From contig JACOZW010000023.1 of NCBI GenBank assembly GCA_016181145.1, forward strand, positions 1 through 48,398: a stretch of DNA of 48,398 nucleotides, read 5' to 3'. A model generated the notes under the pieces. The model did not search any database. It was not told the DNA's origin and was given only the letters and a program-made list of their open reading frames with translations. Shown here one piece after another: positions 28,025 through 36,333 of this stretch (positions are counted from its first letter, which is position 1; each line of letters opens with the position of its first letter). The DNA is from Candidatus Yanofskybacteria bacterium. Lineage in GTDB: Bacteria; Patescibacteriota; Minisyncoccia; 2-02-FULL-40-12; GWA2-44-9. Made by a program: the position numbers and the translations under genes.

Positions 28025-29032
28025 TTACAATAATTTCCCTCTCCAGTGAGAATCTATGTAAGAGGCCGCTTCGCTTAACTTGAGTGAGGTGGTGCCATTG
28101 CCGGTACGGATAAAAAAGTCTTCATTCTCTTCAGTCCTTAGATAAGCCGGCCTATCGGCAGGAAGAACATTTACCAGACAAAAATCTTTGCCGTCTTTTT
28201 TTTGCAAAGATAGATCAACAAACTGCCTGAATTCTGGTCCGATCATAGAATGGAAAATGTTGGTAAAATGATTTTGGAAACCATCGGCATTCGATTTAGG
28301 CAGTGACCTGTAATCATTCTCCAGGCCGACAACTTGGCCCGAATCATCAACGCCAATAGCTAAGCGTCCGCCCGCAGAATTAAGAAACGCTGCAATTGTC
28401 TTCATTACCGCCCGCTCCAAACTCTTATTAACTTTATTTAGTTTCATATCCCAACGCAGAGAAGTTTTAAACTCAAGACGCTCATGCTCGCCTCCGCTTA
28501 ACAAACCATTGAATGTATCAGCTGATATTTTATCTGCGTGGGCCACGAGTCCGCCCTTGAGCTGAACTATAAGCTCAGCATACCTCTGTGGTTCTGGAAT
28601 GTGATCCAGAGAAAACTTAGAGTCGCTTTCCTTAAGGTCGATGGTTCCGTATTTAGTAAGTCTGCCTAAGGGACCTTGGCGATAATCAACGGAGTGGATG
28701 AATTTCAGAGGAATTACTGTCTTTTTTCTGAAAATAATACCGCGACCATAAACAATTTTGTCCGGCCGGAACTCGAAATATTCTTTATACCACTGAAAGA
28801 ATATATAAAAAACTAAGCCGGTTTCCAGAATAAAAAGTCCTGCCGCCTCAACTATATGAAAAGATAGAGAACTAGATAACGGCAAGTGCTCATATATTTC
28901 ACCGTAATCAGCCAGAACCGAGGCTAAGAAAAAAACGGCTACTGCCGTCAACTGGAGCACAATAAAGGTCTTAACAATAACAACAGGGCTTTTTTTGACC
29001 ACGAGTTGATTGGTGAAGCCAAATCTATCCAT
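28025..29032 (-). CDS. 2TM + bacterial PH domain + Schlafen/AlbA_2 domain protein
   Basis: VDYRQGPLGRLTKYGTI (bPH_2); GEHERLEFKTS, AFLNSAGGRLAIGVDDSG (AlbA_2); ATG 29032 preferred. Confidence 0.85.
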   Translation of the reverse strand: MDRFGFTNQLVVKKSPVVIVKTFIVLQLTAVAVFFLASVLADYGEIYEHLPLSSSLSFHIVEAAGLFILETGLVFYIFFQWYKEYFEFRPDKIVYGRGIIFRKKTVIPLKFIHSVDYRQGPLGRLTKYGTIDLKESDSKFSLDHIPEPQRYAELIVQLKGGLVAHADKISADTFNGLLSGGEHERLEFKTSLRWDMKLNKVNKSLERAVMKTIAAFLNSAGGRLAIGVDDSGQVVGLENDYRSLPKSNADGFQNHFTNIFHSMIGPEFRQFVDLSLQKKDGKDFCLVNVLPADRPAYLRTEENEDFFIRTGNGTTSLKLSEAASYIDSHWRGKLL

Positions 29033-29143
29033 CCCGTTAGAGATAGTGCTCGCACTCACTATCACCATATGGTGATAGAAATGGTTACATTACCTTAACT
29101 TATAATCTTCCATATTGTCCCGCTAGGGTATCTCTAACGGGAT
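29031..29143. mobile_element. MITE-like palindromic element, family A
   Basis: 15-bp perfect TIR ATCCCGTTAGAGATA/TATCTCTAACGGGAT; ATCCAT direct repeat at the ends. Confidence 0.72.
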
Positions 29144-29263
29144 CCATGTGCTTATTATGGCGCGATTATTTAATAAAACAAGAGGTGCTCATATATACCC
29201 AAGTCAAAACCAATAAACGGCTTACTGTCAGTCATTATACGATCGACAGTTTTTGTCGTCCAT

Positions 29264-30196
29264 TTATTTTATCCTCGAAGCTATGGCTTTACTGATATTT
29301 TCCTGCCAAGTAGCCGGAGTATGGACTATCCTCTCAGCACCCAAAGCCTTGAGATCACTGCGAGTTTTTGCTTTTTCGGAAATAGGCTGCCAGTATCTCT
29401 TTTCCACCTCATCCCTCAATTCTTCCTTAGAAACTTTTACAGATTCTCCTTCTTTTGATTTTTTAACCCTGATCTCCTCTTCTATCGCTTCCATATCTAC
29501 TTTTTCCGGTAAATCTAGTATAAAAGCAGCATTGCCCTTATAAGGATTTTCTATGACAATAAAATCTCTGTCATTGAAAAATACCACCATATATCCTTTC
29601 AGACCCTTTGAGCGGTTGGCCGATATAAATTTGGCGTCCTTTAATGATCGGAAAAATTCTAGCCTTTCGGGATCAATGACCTTTTCGCCGCCCTCAATAC
29701 CACCTCCATCCACAACAGAATTTTCTTTCTCGGACACCTTATCCTGAGCTGGAATAATATCCAAATCCGTAAGATGGATAAAGGACGGCCCAATCCTCTC
29801 AAGTAAACCGGCGATCTCAAGAGTAATTTCTTCCTGGCTGTATTTCTTGGCTAGTTCGGATGGAATTGGCTGTATGGGTTTTATGGTCCCATTTCGGTTA
29901 ACTGTCCAAGTATGATTTACGTTTTTGCCCGACTCATTTTTACTGAAAATAACGGCATTCAAAGTATTCGCATTTCTTTCACCCGTTTTTCTGTCAGTCG
30001 GACGGGCAAATGCGATCCAACTTATTTCCGGCAGACTGCTCTTAAACGGACCTTCCGGAATAGAATCAAAATCATCCTTGACCGACTTCTCAAATATATC
30101 ATCGATCTGCTGTTTCAAATTTTGAGCCCGCTCCTGTTTATCTGCCCTGCCAAATTCCTCAAAACCACCGAATTTTTTAAAATCTTTTTGTGCCAT
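29264..30196 (-). CDS. Hypothetical protein
   Basis: 310 aa ORF 13 nt downstream of cca; C-terminal GYMVVFF...IENPYKGNAAFI...RIVHT..WQ. Confidence 0.75.
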   Translation of the reverse strand: MAQKDFKKFGGFEEFGRADKQERAQNLKQQIDDIFEKSVKDDFDSIPEGPFKSSLPEISWIAFARPTDRKTGERNANTLNAVIFSKNESGKNVNHTWTVNRNGTIKPIQPIPSELAKKYSQEEITLEIAGLLERIGPSFIHLTDLDIIPAQDKVSEKENSVVDGGGIEGGEKVIDPERLEFFRSLKDAKFISANRSKGLKGYMVVFFNDRDFIVIENPYKGNAAFILDLPEKVDMEAIEEEIRVKKSKEGESVKVSKEELRDEVEKRYWQPISEKAKTRSDLKALGAERIVHTPATWQENISKAIASRIK

Positions 30197-30209
30197 ATTT
30201 TTTATTATT

Positions 30210-32705
30210 TTATTTTTTAACTATTGACTCAATGATATCAAATACTTTTTCCGGGGCAAGTTGAGAACGAGAACCGTCTGAATTGCGTGGAGCGCCGCCA
30301 ATTGATGATCCCCCACCCCAGCCAGGTTCAATCTTGTTCAGCTCATAGAGTATGGTTCCCTCTTTAGAAACTGGCCCAACAGGAAAATCACTTACCATAT
30401 CTGATTTTTTGGCAATTGTATAAGCGTAACTGCCATCAAGTTGTTGCTGAAAAGCCACCGCTCTGGTATGGCTGGCTTTATAGAGCAAATCGAAGACAAA
30501 ATCATCCGATTCAGCCATCACCCAACCAGTACCTTCTCTTACAATTTTAAAACTTCTTTTATCTTCTTCCGATTCATATTGAAACTGACCACTAACAAAG
30601 TCATCTAGATTCTTAAGGCACTTCTTGAGCAACTCTTTTAGATCCAATTTAGCGTATTCTTTATTCTTCCTTGAGTACCCTTCTGGTTGCATCACTCCTT
30701 TAAAAAATATTTCGGCAAGTCTGGGATCAAGCGCCGTATATGCCGGGCCATGAGCATCAATACCCCCGATAGATTCAACCAGCATCCTGATTAATGAATC
30801 TTTAATCTTATTCGGATGCTGCAAAAGCCAAATAGATAAAACAGTATCACCATCTATGTCGTTTATATAGACATCAAAGCCCGAAGGGTCAAATCCAAGA
30901 AGCAGGGCGTCTAAAATTTGCTGGCAAGTTGCCCGTGTAATTTGACGGCTTACCCGATCGTGATGATCAAAAGAATATCTTCTTCTTTCTGAATCAGAAT
31001 CAGGTCCCTGAACATAACCATCAAGTGCAATGCTATTATTAGGTAGCTCATCGAAGTTCACAGCTTTCCCTCGCTCAATAATGACATTATCAGCTGGCCG
31101 TTCCTTAACCTCAACGCCATTCGTGCTATTACCGGATATTTCAACAAATTTTTTGCGGGCATATTCTTTGGCTTGATCGGTGCTGGTTATCTCGCCGTCA
31201 AGCTGTAGTTCCAGAATCTCTTTCAAGGTTTGTCCCACCATTGTCCCCGGCTTAAATCCGATTTCCAGTAAATCACGGCCCATAATTAATGGCTGAGGTT
31301 TGGATTTTTCAACTGATAATTCCTCTGCTCTTCTCAAAACATCTTCGGCCTTGTCATAATCCATAATTCCACGACCAGATCCGCGTATATCTGCAGTCGC
31401 AAGATTGGCCAGTTCTTTTATCGTGCCGGGATAAACTCTTTTGGCAAGTCGTCTTATGGCCGAATCTGATGGGTCGGGAGCATTGTGGATAAACATGTGA
31501 CACTCAACTAGGCGGAGGACTCTTTCAATTAATTCTTTTTTTATAAAAAGCATCTCGAGGAATTTTTGGCTAGGTTCAAGACCAGCATCCTCATGGCCAT
31601 AAGAAGTTATTTTGCCGTCTTCTTCTTTTGTGGTAGCCGGCTTACCTAAATCATGACAAACAGCAGCCAATAAAAGTATCTTCTTTTCTTCATCAGATAA
31701 TTTTTGTTCGCCGGCTATATCGACAGCTGAATCTATGACCATTTTAGTATGTGTCCAGACATCACCTTCCGGATGATATTTAGGATTTTGAGGAACACCT
31801 ATAAGTGCTTTCAATTCCGGATGTAATTGATCAAGCACCCCCACCTCTAAAGCCAATTCGAGGCCAATACTTGGCTTAGGAGCCTTCATTAGAAGTTTTA
31901 ACCACTCACCACCGATTCTTTCCGGCGACAATTCTCTTAGATCAAGGGTTCTACATAATTCTTTTGTATCTTCATCAATACTAAAACCAAATCGAGCTGC
32001 AAATTGCACCGCCCTTAAGACACGCAATGAATCCTCTGCAAAGGTTTCCTTATCAGTCGCCCTCAAAGTTTTTCTTTTGATGTCTTCTATCCCGCCGTAA
32101 AAATCGAGAATCTCACCGGTTAAAGGATCGAGTGCCAATGCATTTATGGTGAGGTCCCTTCTTCGAGCCGCTTCTTTTACAGACATATATGGATCTCCTG
32201 TTACATCAAAACCTTTATGGCCTTTTCCGGTTTTTGAATCACGCCTTGGGATGGAAATATCAAGCATAGTCGACATTTTTGCCGTATTTAATTTGAATAC
32301 CTTAAAAGCTTCGCCGGCAATTTCCAATTTACCTAATTTATCTAAAATATTTTTTAAAATATCCTGATCAATACCATATACTTCAATATCGATATCTTTG
32401 GGCTTTAAGTTATGGCCGAATTTAGATAAAGCTGCATCCCGAGCAAAACCGCCGACAACCAAGGCCAAACCGCCCCTCTCCTTAACGGCTTCGCAAACTT
32501 TAATAGCCAATTCAATTTCTTCCTTTTCTAAAGGATCTTCTATTCTTTCACGAATAGCATAGAAGCTATCAGTATTCTCTATCAACGCCTGCTCGTGAAG
32601 ACGGTTTCGTTCTTCTTTCCCGGCTTCATCTGATAACGCTTCGAATTTTTCTCTTTCCCGTAGGTCTTCTGGTGTAGTTGGATTAAATTTATCTAAATTT
32701 CCCAT
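30210..32705 (-). CDS. cca: CCA tRNA nucleotidyltransferase with HD domain and extra C-terminal DHH-like domain
   Basis: VGGFARD, KDIDIEV, RRDLTINA, EDSLRVLRAVQFAARF, HPEGDVWTH, CHDLGK; tail with FDHH, NDIDGD, GWGG. Confidence 0.88.
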   Translation of the reverse strand: MGNLDKFNPTTPEDLREREKFEALSDEAGKEERNRLHEQALIENTDSFYAIRERIEDPLEKEEIELAIKVCEAVKERGGLALVVGGFARDAALSKFGHNLKPKDIDIEVYGIDQDILKNILDKLGKLEIAGEAFKVFKLNTAKMSTMLDISIPRRDSKTGKGHKGFDVTGDPYMSVKEAARRRDLTINALALDPLTGEILDFYGGIEDIKRKTLRATDKETFAEDSLRVLRAVQFAARFGFSIDEDTKELCRTLDLRELSPERIGGEWLKLLMKAPKPSIGLELALEVGVLDQLHPELKALIGVPQNPKYHPEGDVWTHTKMVIDSAVDIAGEQKLSDEEKKILLLAAVCHDLGKPATTKEEDGKITSYGHEDAGLEPSQKFLEMLFIKKELIERVLRLVECHMFIHNAPDPSDSAIRRLAKRVYPGTIKELANLATADIRGSGRGIMDYDKAEDVLRRAEELSVEKSKPQPLIMGRDLLEIGFKPGTMVGQTLKEILELQLDGEITSTDQAKEYARKKFVEISGNSTNGVEVKERPADNVIIERGKAVNFDELPNNSIALDGYVQGPDSDSERRRYSFDHHDRVSRQITRATCQQILDALLLGFDPSGFDVYINDIDGDTVLSIWLLQHPNKIKDSLIRMLVESIGGIDAHGPAYTALDPRLAEIFFKGVMQPEGYSRKNKEYAKLDLKELLKKCLKNLDDFVSGQFQYESEEDKRSFKIVREGTGWVMAESDDFVFDLLYKASHTRAVAFQQQLDGSYAYTIAKKSDMVSDFPVGPVSKEGTILYELNKIEPGWGGGSSIGGAPRNSDGSRSQLAPEKVFDIIESIVKK

Positions 32706-32748
32706 ATTAGTAATTCTAGAATTTTATTATCAAAAACAAAAGGCCGAA

Positions 32749-32907
32749 CTATGACAGTTCGGCTCGAATATCCTTTCGGGAACTTTCTTTCTCCTGGCCA
32801 CGGCGGTATTTCCCGCCCTTGGTCGGTTGATGGGCTCCGCCACCTGCTCGCTTGATTGCCGGCAGACGAACTTTCAGGTACATCGACTTTTGCTTTTTCT
32901 TTTTCAT
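32749..32907 (-). CDS. Small basic protein (52 aa)
   Basis: GGAGGA SD before ATG 32907; MKKKKQK...GGAHQPTKGGKYRR. Confidence 0.6.
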   Translation of the reverse strand: MKKKKQKSMYLKVRLPAIKRAGGGAHQPTKGGKYRRGQEKESSRKDIRAELS

Positions 32908-32933
32908 GATCGTTCCTCCATTATAACAAAAGA

Positions 32934-33290
32934 TTAAGAATACTCGATAGAGATCCAATCACGGGTTGAGGTAAGGTAGAAAACCCTTTTAATTCCTGCG
33001 GCTTCCAATAATTTCTGACATTTCTGACATGGCTTTGAGGGTACGAATTTACCATTTCTGACCCTCATACCAGCAACATAAATTGTTGATCCCTTCAGGC
33101 GATTACGATTCGCCCTGCGAATGGCTAAAGCCTCGGCACACTCACCAAGACCATCAACACCGGCATGGTTCCAGCCCCAGCTGAATATTCTGCCGGTACG
33201 ATCCGTAATTACCGCCGCAACGCGAACATTGCATGATGAACGATCAATCAGGTCAATAGCTAAATCCATCGGCGAACATCTCGTATTCAA
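32934..33290 (-). CDS. Zn-dependent cytidine/dCMP deaminase family protein
   Basis: VAAVI, GWN, CAE, GSTIYV, SKPCQKC, GIKRVFY; AGGAG SD. Confidence 0.82.
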   Translation of the reverse strand: MNTRCSPMDLAIDLIDRSSCNVRVAAVITDRTGRIFSWGWNHAGVDGLGECAEALAIRRANRNRLKGSTIYVAGMRVRNGKFVPSKPCQKCQKLLEAAGIKRVFYLTSTRDWISIEYS

Positions 33291-33300
33291 GGGGCTCCTC

Positions 33301-33507
33301 CTATGCTACATCCCAACCAGTCAGACGGTAACCGAGCTGTGGTTCAACAAGGTCATAATCGCCGCTAGCGACTACCTTGTTAAATTCTCGATTTGCCACT
33401 CGCCGAAAGCGACGACGAGCACCTTTCTTCATGGGCCCGAGATTGAGCCTCACTACTCGATGGGCCATCTCACGAGCATTCCGATCGGTCACCATTTTTT
33501 CCCGCAT
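33301..33507 (-). CDS. Small Arg-rich hypothetical protein
   Basis: GAGGG SD; MKKGARRRFRRVANREF; tightly packed with the deaminase. Confidence 0.6.
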   Translation of the reverse strand: MREKMVTDRNAREMAHRVVRLNLGPMKKGARRRFRRVANREFNKVVASGDYDLVEPQLGYRLTGWDVA

Positions 33508-33527
33508 CTTACCCTCATCCTTATTAA

Positions 33528-33785
33528 TTAGCACTTAGCATATAATACAGCAAAAAAAATCCCAGTCAAGATTATTGGGAGAAAATCAGTGGGCGCTCCG
33601 GCTACATGACTTATTGGGCATGCTTTCGCAATGCCCTCATGCATATTGCGCCAGATATTCCACAATCCCCTCCCACCAAAAACTTCTCGCTTGAAAAATC
33701 TTTGATAGAAGGCCGAATCAAGGTGATTCGGCAGCTCTGACATCCCCAGAGCAAATGAGAAGTGTTCGTATTTTGAGCCCAACAC
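33528..33785 (-). CDS. Hypothetical protein (doubtful)
   Basis: GGGAG SD before GTG; fills the gap in the small-ORF run. Confidence 0.35.
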   Translation of the reverse strand: MLGSKYEHFSFALGMSELPNHLDSAFYQRFFKREVFGGRGLWNIWRNMHEGIAKACPISHVAGAPTDFLPIILTGIFFAVLYAKC

Positions 33786-33800
33786 ACAAGGCTCCCTTGC

Positions 33801-33986
33801 TTACTTCGCTACCGGCCACTCGACTTCGACGCCGAGTTCCACGGCCGCCAGCAAAGCAAGTTCCCGCTTCTCCGCGTCGGTGAGCTCCTTGAGCTCGATG
33901 TTGAACGCCTTCAACCCCGTCTCACCCTTGTAGTCCTGATAACCGAAGAATTTCACCAGAACCTTCATCTGACCCATCTTTTCCAT
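33801..33986 (-). CDS. Small hypothetical protein (61 aa)
   Basis: GAGGAG SD; GC3-rich codons; ELKELTDAEKRELA. Confidence 0.72.
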   Translation of the reverse strand: MEKMGQMKVLVKFFGYQDYKGETGLKAFNIELKELTDAEKRELALLAAVELGVEVEWPVAK

Positions 33987-34108
33987 GACTGTCTCCTCTT
34001 ACTGCAAAAGCAGTATAATTGGAAAGAACTATTCCTCCCGCCAAAATCTTCAATATTTTTTATTATGATATATCATAATAAGTTTTGAAAATTTTGGCGG
34101 GAACCCAA

Positions 34109-34492
34109 TCACGAGGATTGGGGCTGCCGAGTAAAACTCGGCTCTTTAGCGCTCGTGGGAGCGAGCGCTTCGGCCATGGCTTTGCCCATCTGCGTTTTGG
34201 CGCGCAGATGGAGAAGATAGTCCTGAGCGGCTTTACGCTCAGACTGACGCTTCTCAAGAAGTGTAACGGTACCGACGTATGAAAACGTCTTGCCGTCACC
34301 TTTCTTGGCTGCCTCCTTCTGAATCAGATGGGCATGACGCCCACACAAGATCCAGCCGGTCAGGTCGTCAACTGTCACGGGCTTTCCGATCGCCAATCGG
34401 ATTGCCGTAACAGCCGGTACCTTCGCTTTTTCGGGAGCCATCTTGGCCTTGCATCCCGAAAAAGTACACGCTAATACAATCTGTTCACTCAT
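34109..34492 (-). CDS. Hypothetical protein, possible Zn-binding (CxxxxC...CxxH)
   Basis: AGGAGG SD; CTFSGC and LCGRH. Confidence 0.72.
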   Translation of the reverse strand: MSEQIVLACTFSGCKAKMAPEKAKVPAVTAIRLAIGKPVTVDDLTGWILCGRHAHLIQKEAAKKGDGKTFSYVGTVTLLEKRQSERKAAQDYLLHLRAKTQMGKAMAEALAPTSAKEPSFTRQPQSS

Positions 34493-34833
34493 GCATACCT
34501 CCTAAAAGAAAAAACTGTAAAAAAACAAAGAACACGGGTAGTGTGGTGCGGAGTCTCTTGGCCCGAAGCCTCATGCCTGTTCTCCCCGCTCGAGTCACCC
34601 ATTCCGCTGTCTTATTTCGACTGCGGTAGTCTAAGTGCCGCCATCCGCTCTTATGAGCGAGATACTCTATGCTTGCGACGGTCTTCAGCCAACCACACCC
34701 CCATCAGAATCTTCATATACCGACAGTTAGATTAAAAACTCTGACGGGGTGGGGAGAATTGCCTGTTCTACTCTCCCCCTATGCCTGTTTATTTTTCGTC
34801 GGACTCAGCAGGCTCCGACTAGGGGTGTGCCTT

Positions 34834-35076
34834 CTATCGAAGAAGGCTGGCGAACCACTGCGGCTCGATGACGCAAATGCCGTTCTCTGCAAGAATGGAT
34901 TTCATATCCACCAGCAGGTCGGCATAAGCGCGCTGAGCCTGATCACGGTCCATCCCTTTCTCCCGAAGGAGAAAAAAGAATTCCTGGACGGTGACGCAGT
35001 GATCAACCAACTCCCGATGGGTCCGCATGCGGCCATCAGGAGCGGGCACCCACGTGAACAGCGGTTTGCTGCTCAT
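34834..35076 (-). CDS. Small hypothetical protein (80 aa)
   Basis: Protein-like composition and GC3 bias; same strand as the rest of the island. Confidence 0.55.
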   Translation of the reverse strand: MSSKPLFTWVPAPDGRMRTHRELVDHCVTVQEFFFLLREKGMDRDQAQRAYADLLVDMKSILAENGICVIEPQWFASLLR

Positions 35077-35280
35077 ATAGAACGAAAGGATGGGGAAAAT
35101 GTGGATGAGTCACCGACTTGTCGGAGCGGTCCCTCCGGTCCAGACTCAGGTTTAGTCGGTGTGTTGCAGCGTCCCGCCCGCTCACATCACATTCTCCCCA
35201 CCAGAAACTTTATAAAAAATCTCTGGTGGGGGGCCGAGCTGATTAGGCTCGGCTTTAGTTTTTCTATTCTGCAAAGAACT

Positions 35281-35820
35281 CGAGGGGGTGTGACTTGGGC
35301 TGGATCGTAGCTCGGAGTAGCTTCTCCGGCTTCAGACTTTCGCGATCCATTTTGGTTCACCTTCTTTTTTTCGCTACGTATAGCGCTTCAGTTATTCCCC
35401 CTCCCACGGACTGTGCCGTGGGAGGGATGCTGAAGAGGAAGGTTCCGCACAACGCTGGCTTGCTAAGGGCCAGGGTCCCGTATGCGGTATTAAGTCGACC
35501 CTATCACACCCCACAGTTTTAACTGACAGGTTAATCAGCTAAAAATGTGTGGCGTGATAAGTACAATTTCCCCCTTTCTAGGCCGGCATGCACGCTGACG
35601 ACACAAGACGAAACTTATTGTAACGCCTTGTCCCTCCTGTACCGTCCGCACATTCCGGTCTGGAAAGAGGCCTCAATAACCAATTTTGGCTGGATTCTTG
35701 AGGTTCCTCTTAATCGGCAGAACTAAGATTGATTGGATGGGAGCCGCGATAATTATCTAGACGGCTTAAACCCGATACCTGAACCAATCCCTGCCCAAAA
35801 TTAACCTTACTTAACTTTCC
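35281..35820 (-). ncRNA. Candidate large structured ncRNA or very long 5' leader
   Basis: No minus-strand ORF of 60 aa or more; consecutive long hairpins directly downstream of a consensus promoter. Confidence 0.5.
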
Positions 35821-35825
35821 GGCTT

Positions 35826-35853
35826 ATTATACACAAATGAATTATTTTGTCAA
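35826..35853 (-). promoter_or_regulatory. Sigma70 promoter driving the island leftwards
   Basis: TTGACA-N16-TATAAT on the minus strand. Confidence 0.8.
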
Positions 35854-36013
35854 TACCCATTGACAAAATTTTGTCTCTAAATAGCCATATTGTGGCTTAA
35901 ATACTGGGTTTTTTGACTATAGAGATGTCATCAAAAATTGACTAAAAACACAAAAATTATATAATTTTAAAATTTTTATTAAAAAAATTAAAAATTAAAT
36001 ATGTCAGCAAGCC

Positions 36014-36042
36014 TTGACAGAAATATAAGAATAGATTATAAT
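36014..36042 (+). promoter_or_regulatory. Sigma70 promoter, divergent
   Basis: Perfect TTGACA-N17-TATAAT. Confidence 0.85.
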
Positions 36043-36118
36043 ACACAAAGCTGGGATGTCTCAATCGAGGATCCCGGCATCGTGGGGCAAGCACGCCCCA
36101 AGAAGCCAGGAGGCACAA

Positions 36119-36211
36119 GTGTCGAAATCTCACTCTGAAAAGTCCGCTGATAAGGACAAGATAGAGAAGATTAACGATACACAAACCCCCTCCTGCAAGA
36201 ATGGAGGGTGA
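36119..36211 (+). CDS. Putative 30-aa peptide MSKSHSEKSADKDKIEKINDTQTPSCKNGG
   Basis: AGGAGG SD 5 nt before GTG, downstream of the perfect promoter. Confidence 0.45.
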   Translation: MSKSHSEKSADKDKIEKINDTQTPSCKNGG

Positions 36212-36305
36212 AATGGGAGCTGGCTAAATTTACCAGAGTTCGGCCGACGATCGAAAAACACAGGGAAAAGTAAAAACAGAACAATGTCACAATGCCATTG
36301 AAACC

Positions 36306-36333
36306 GCCGTCGCACATGCGATGGCTTTGTTTT
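36306..36333 (+). terminator. Terminator of the divergent transcript
   Basis: GCCGTCGCA/TGCGATGGC hairpin followed by TTTGTTTT. Confidence 0.65.

Noticed and set aside
34792..34820. Hammerhead-like CTGCTGA...GAAA on the minus strand
   Set aside because: Core is CUGCUGA rather than CUGANGA, stem II has no room for a loop, and the bases fit a simple hairpin
34669..35310. 213-aa plus-strand ORF
   Set aside because: No SD or motifs; antisense to the island and spans hairpin-rich GC DNA where stop codons are rare
35430..35826. RNase P RNA on the plus strand (GAGGAAGGTTCC ... CGGCTTA)
   Set aside because: Does not match GAGGAAAGUCC or ACAGAA..CGGCUUA well; the promoter points the other way
32749..36330. 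Intact prophage
   Set aside because: No integrase, terminase, capsid, tail or att pair recognised
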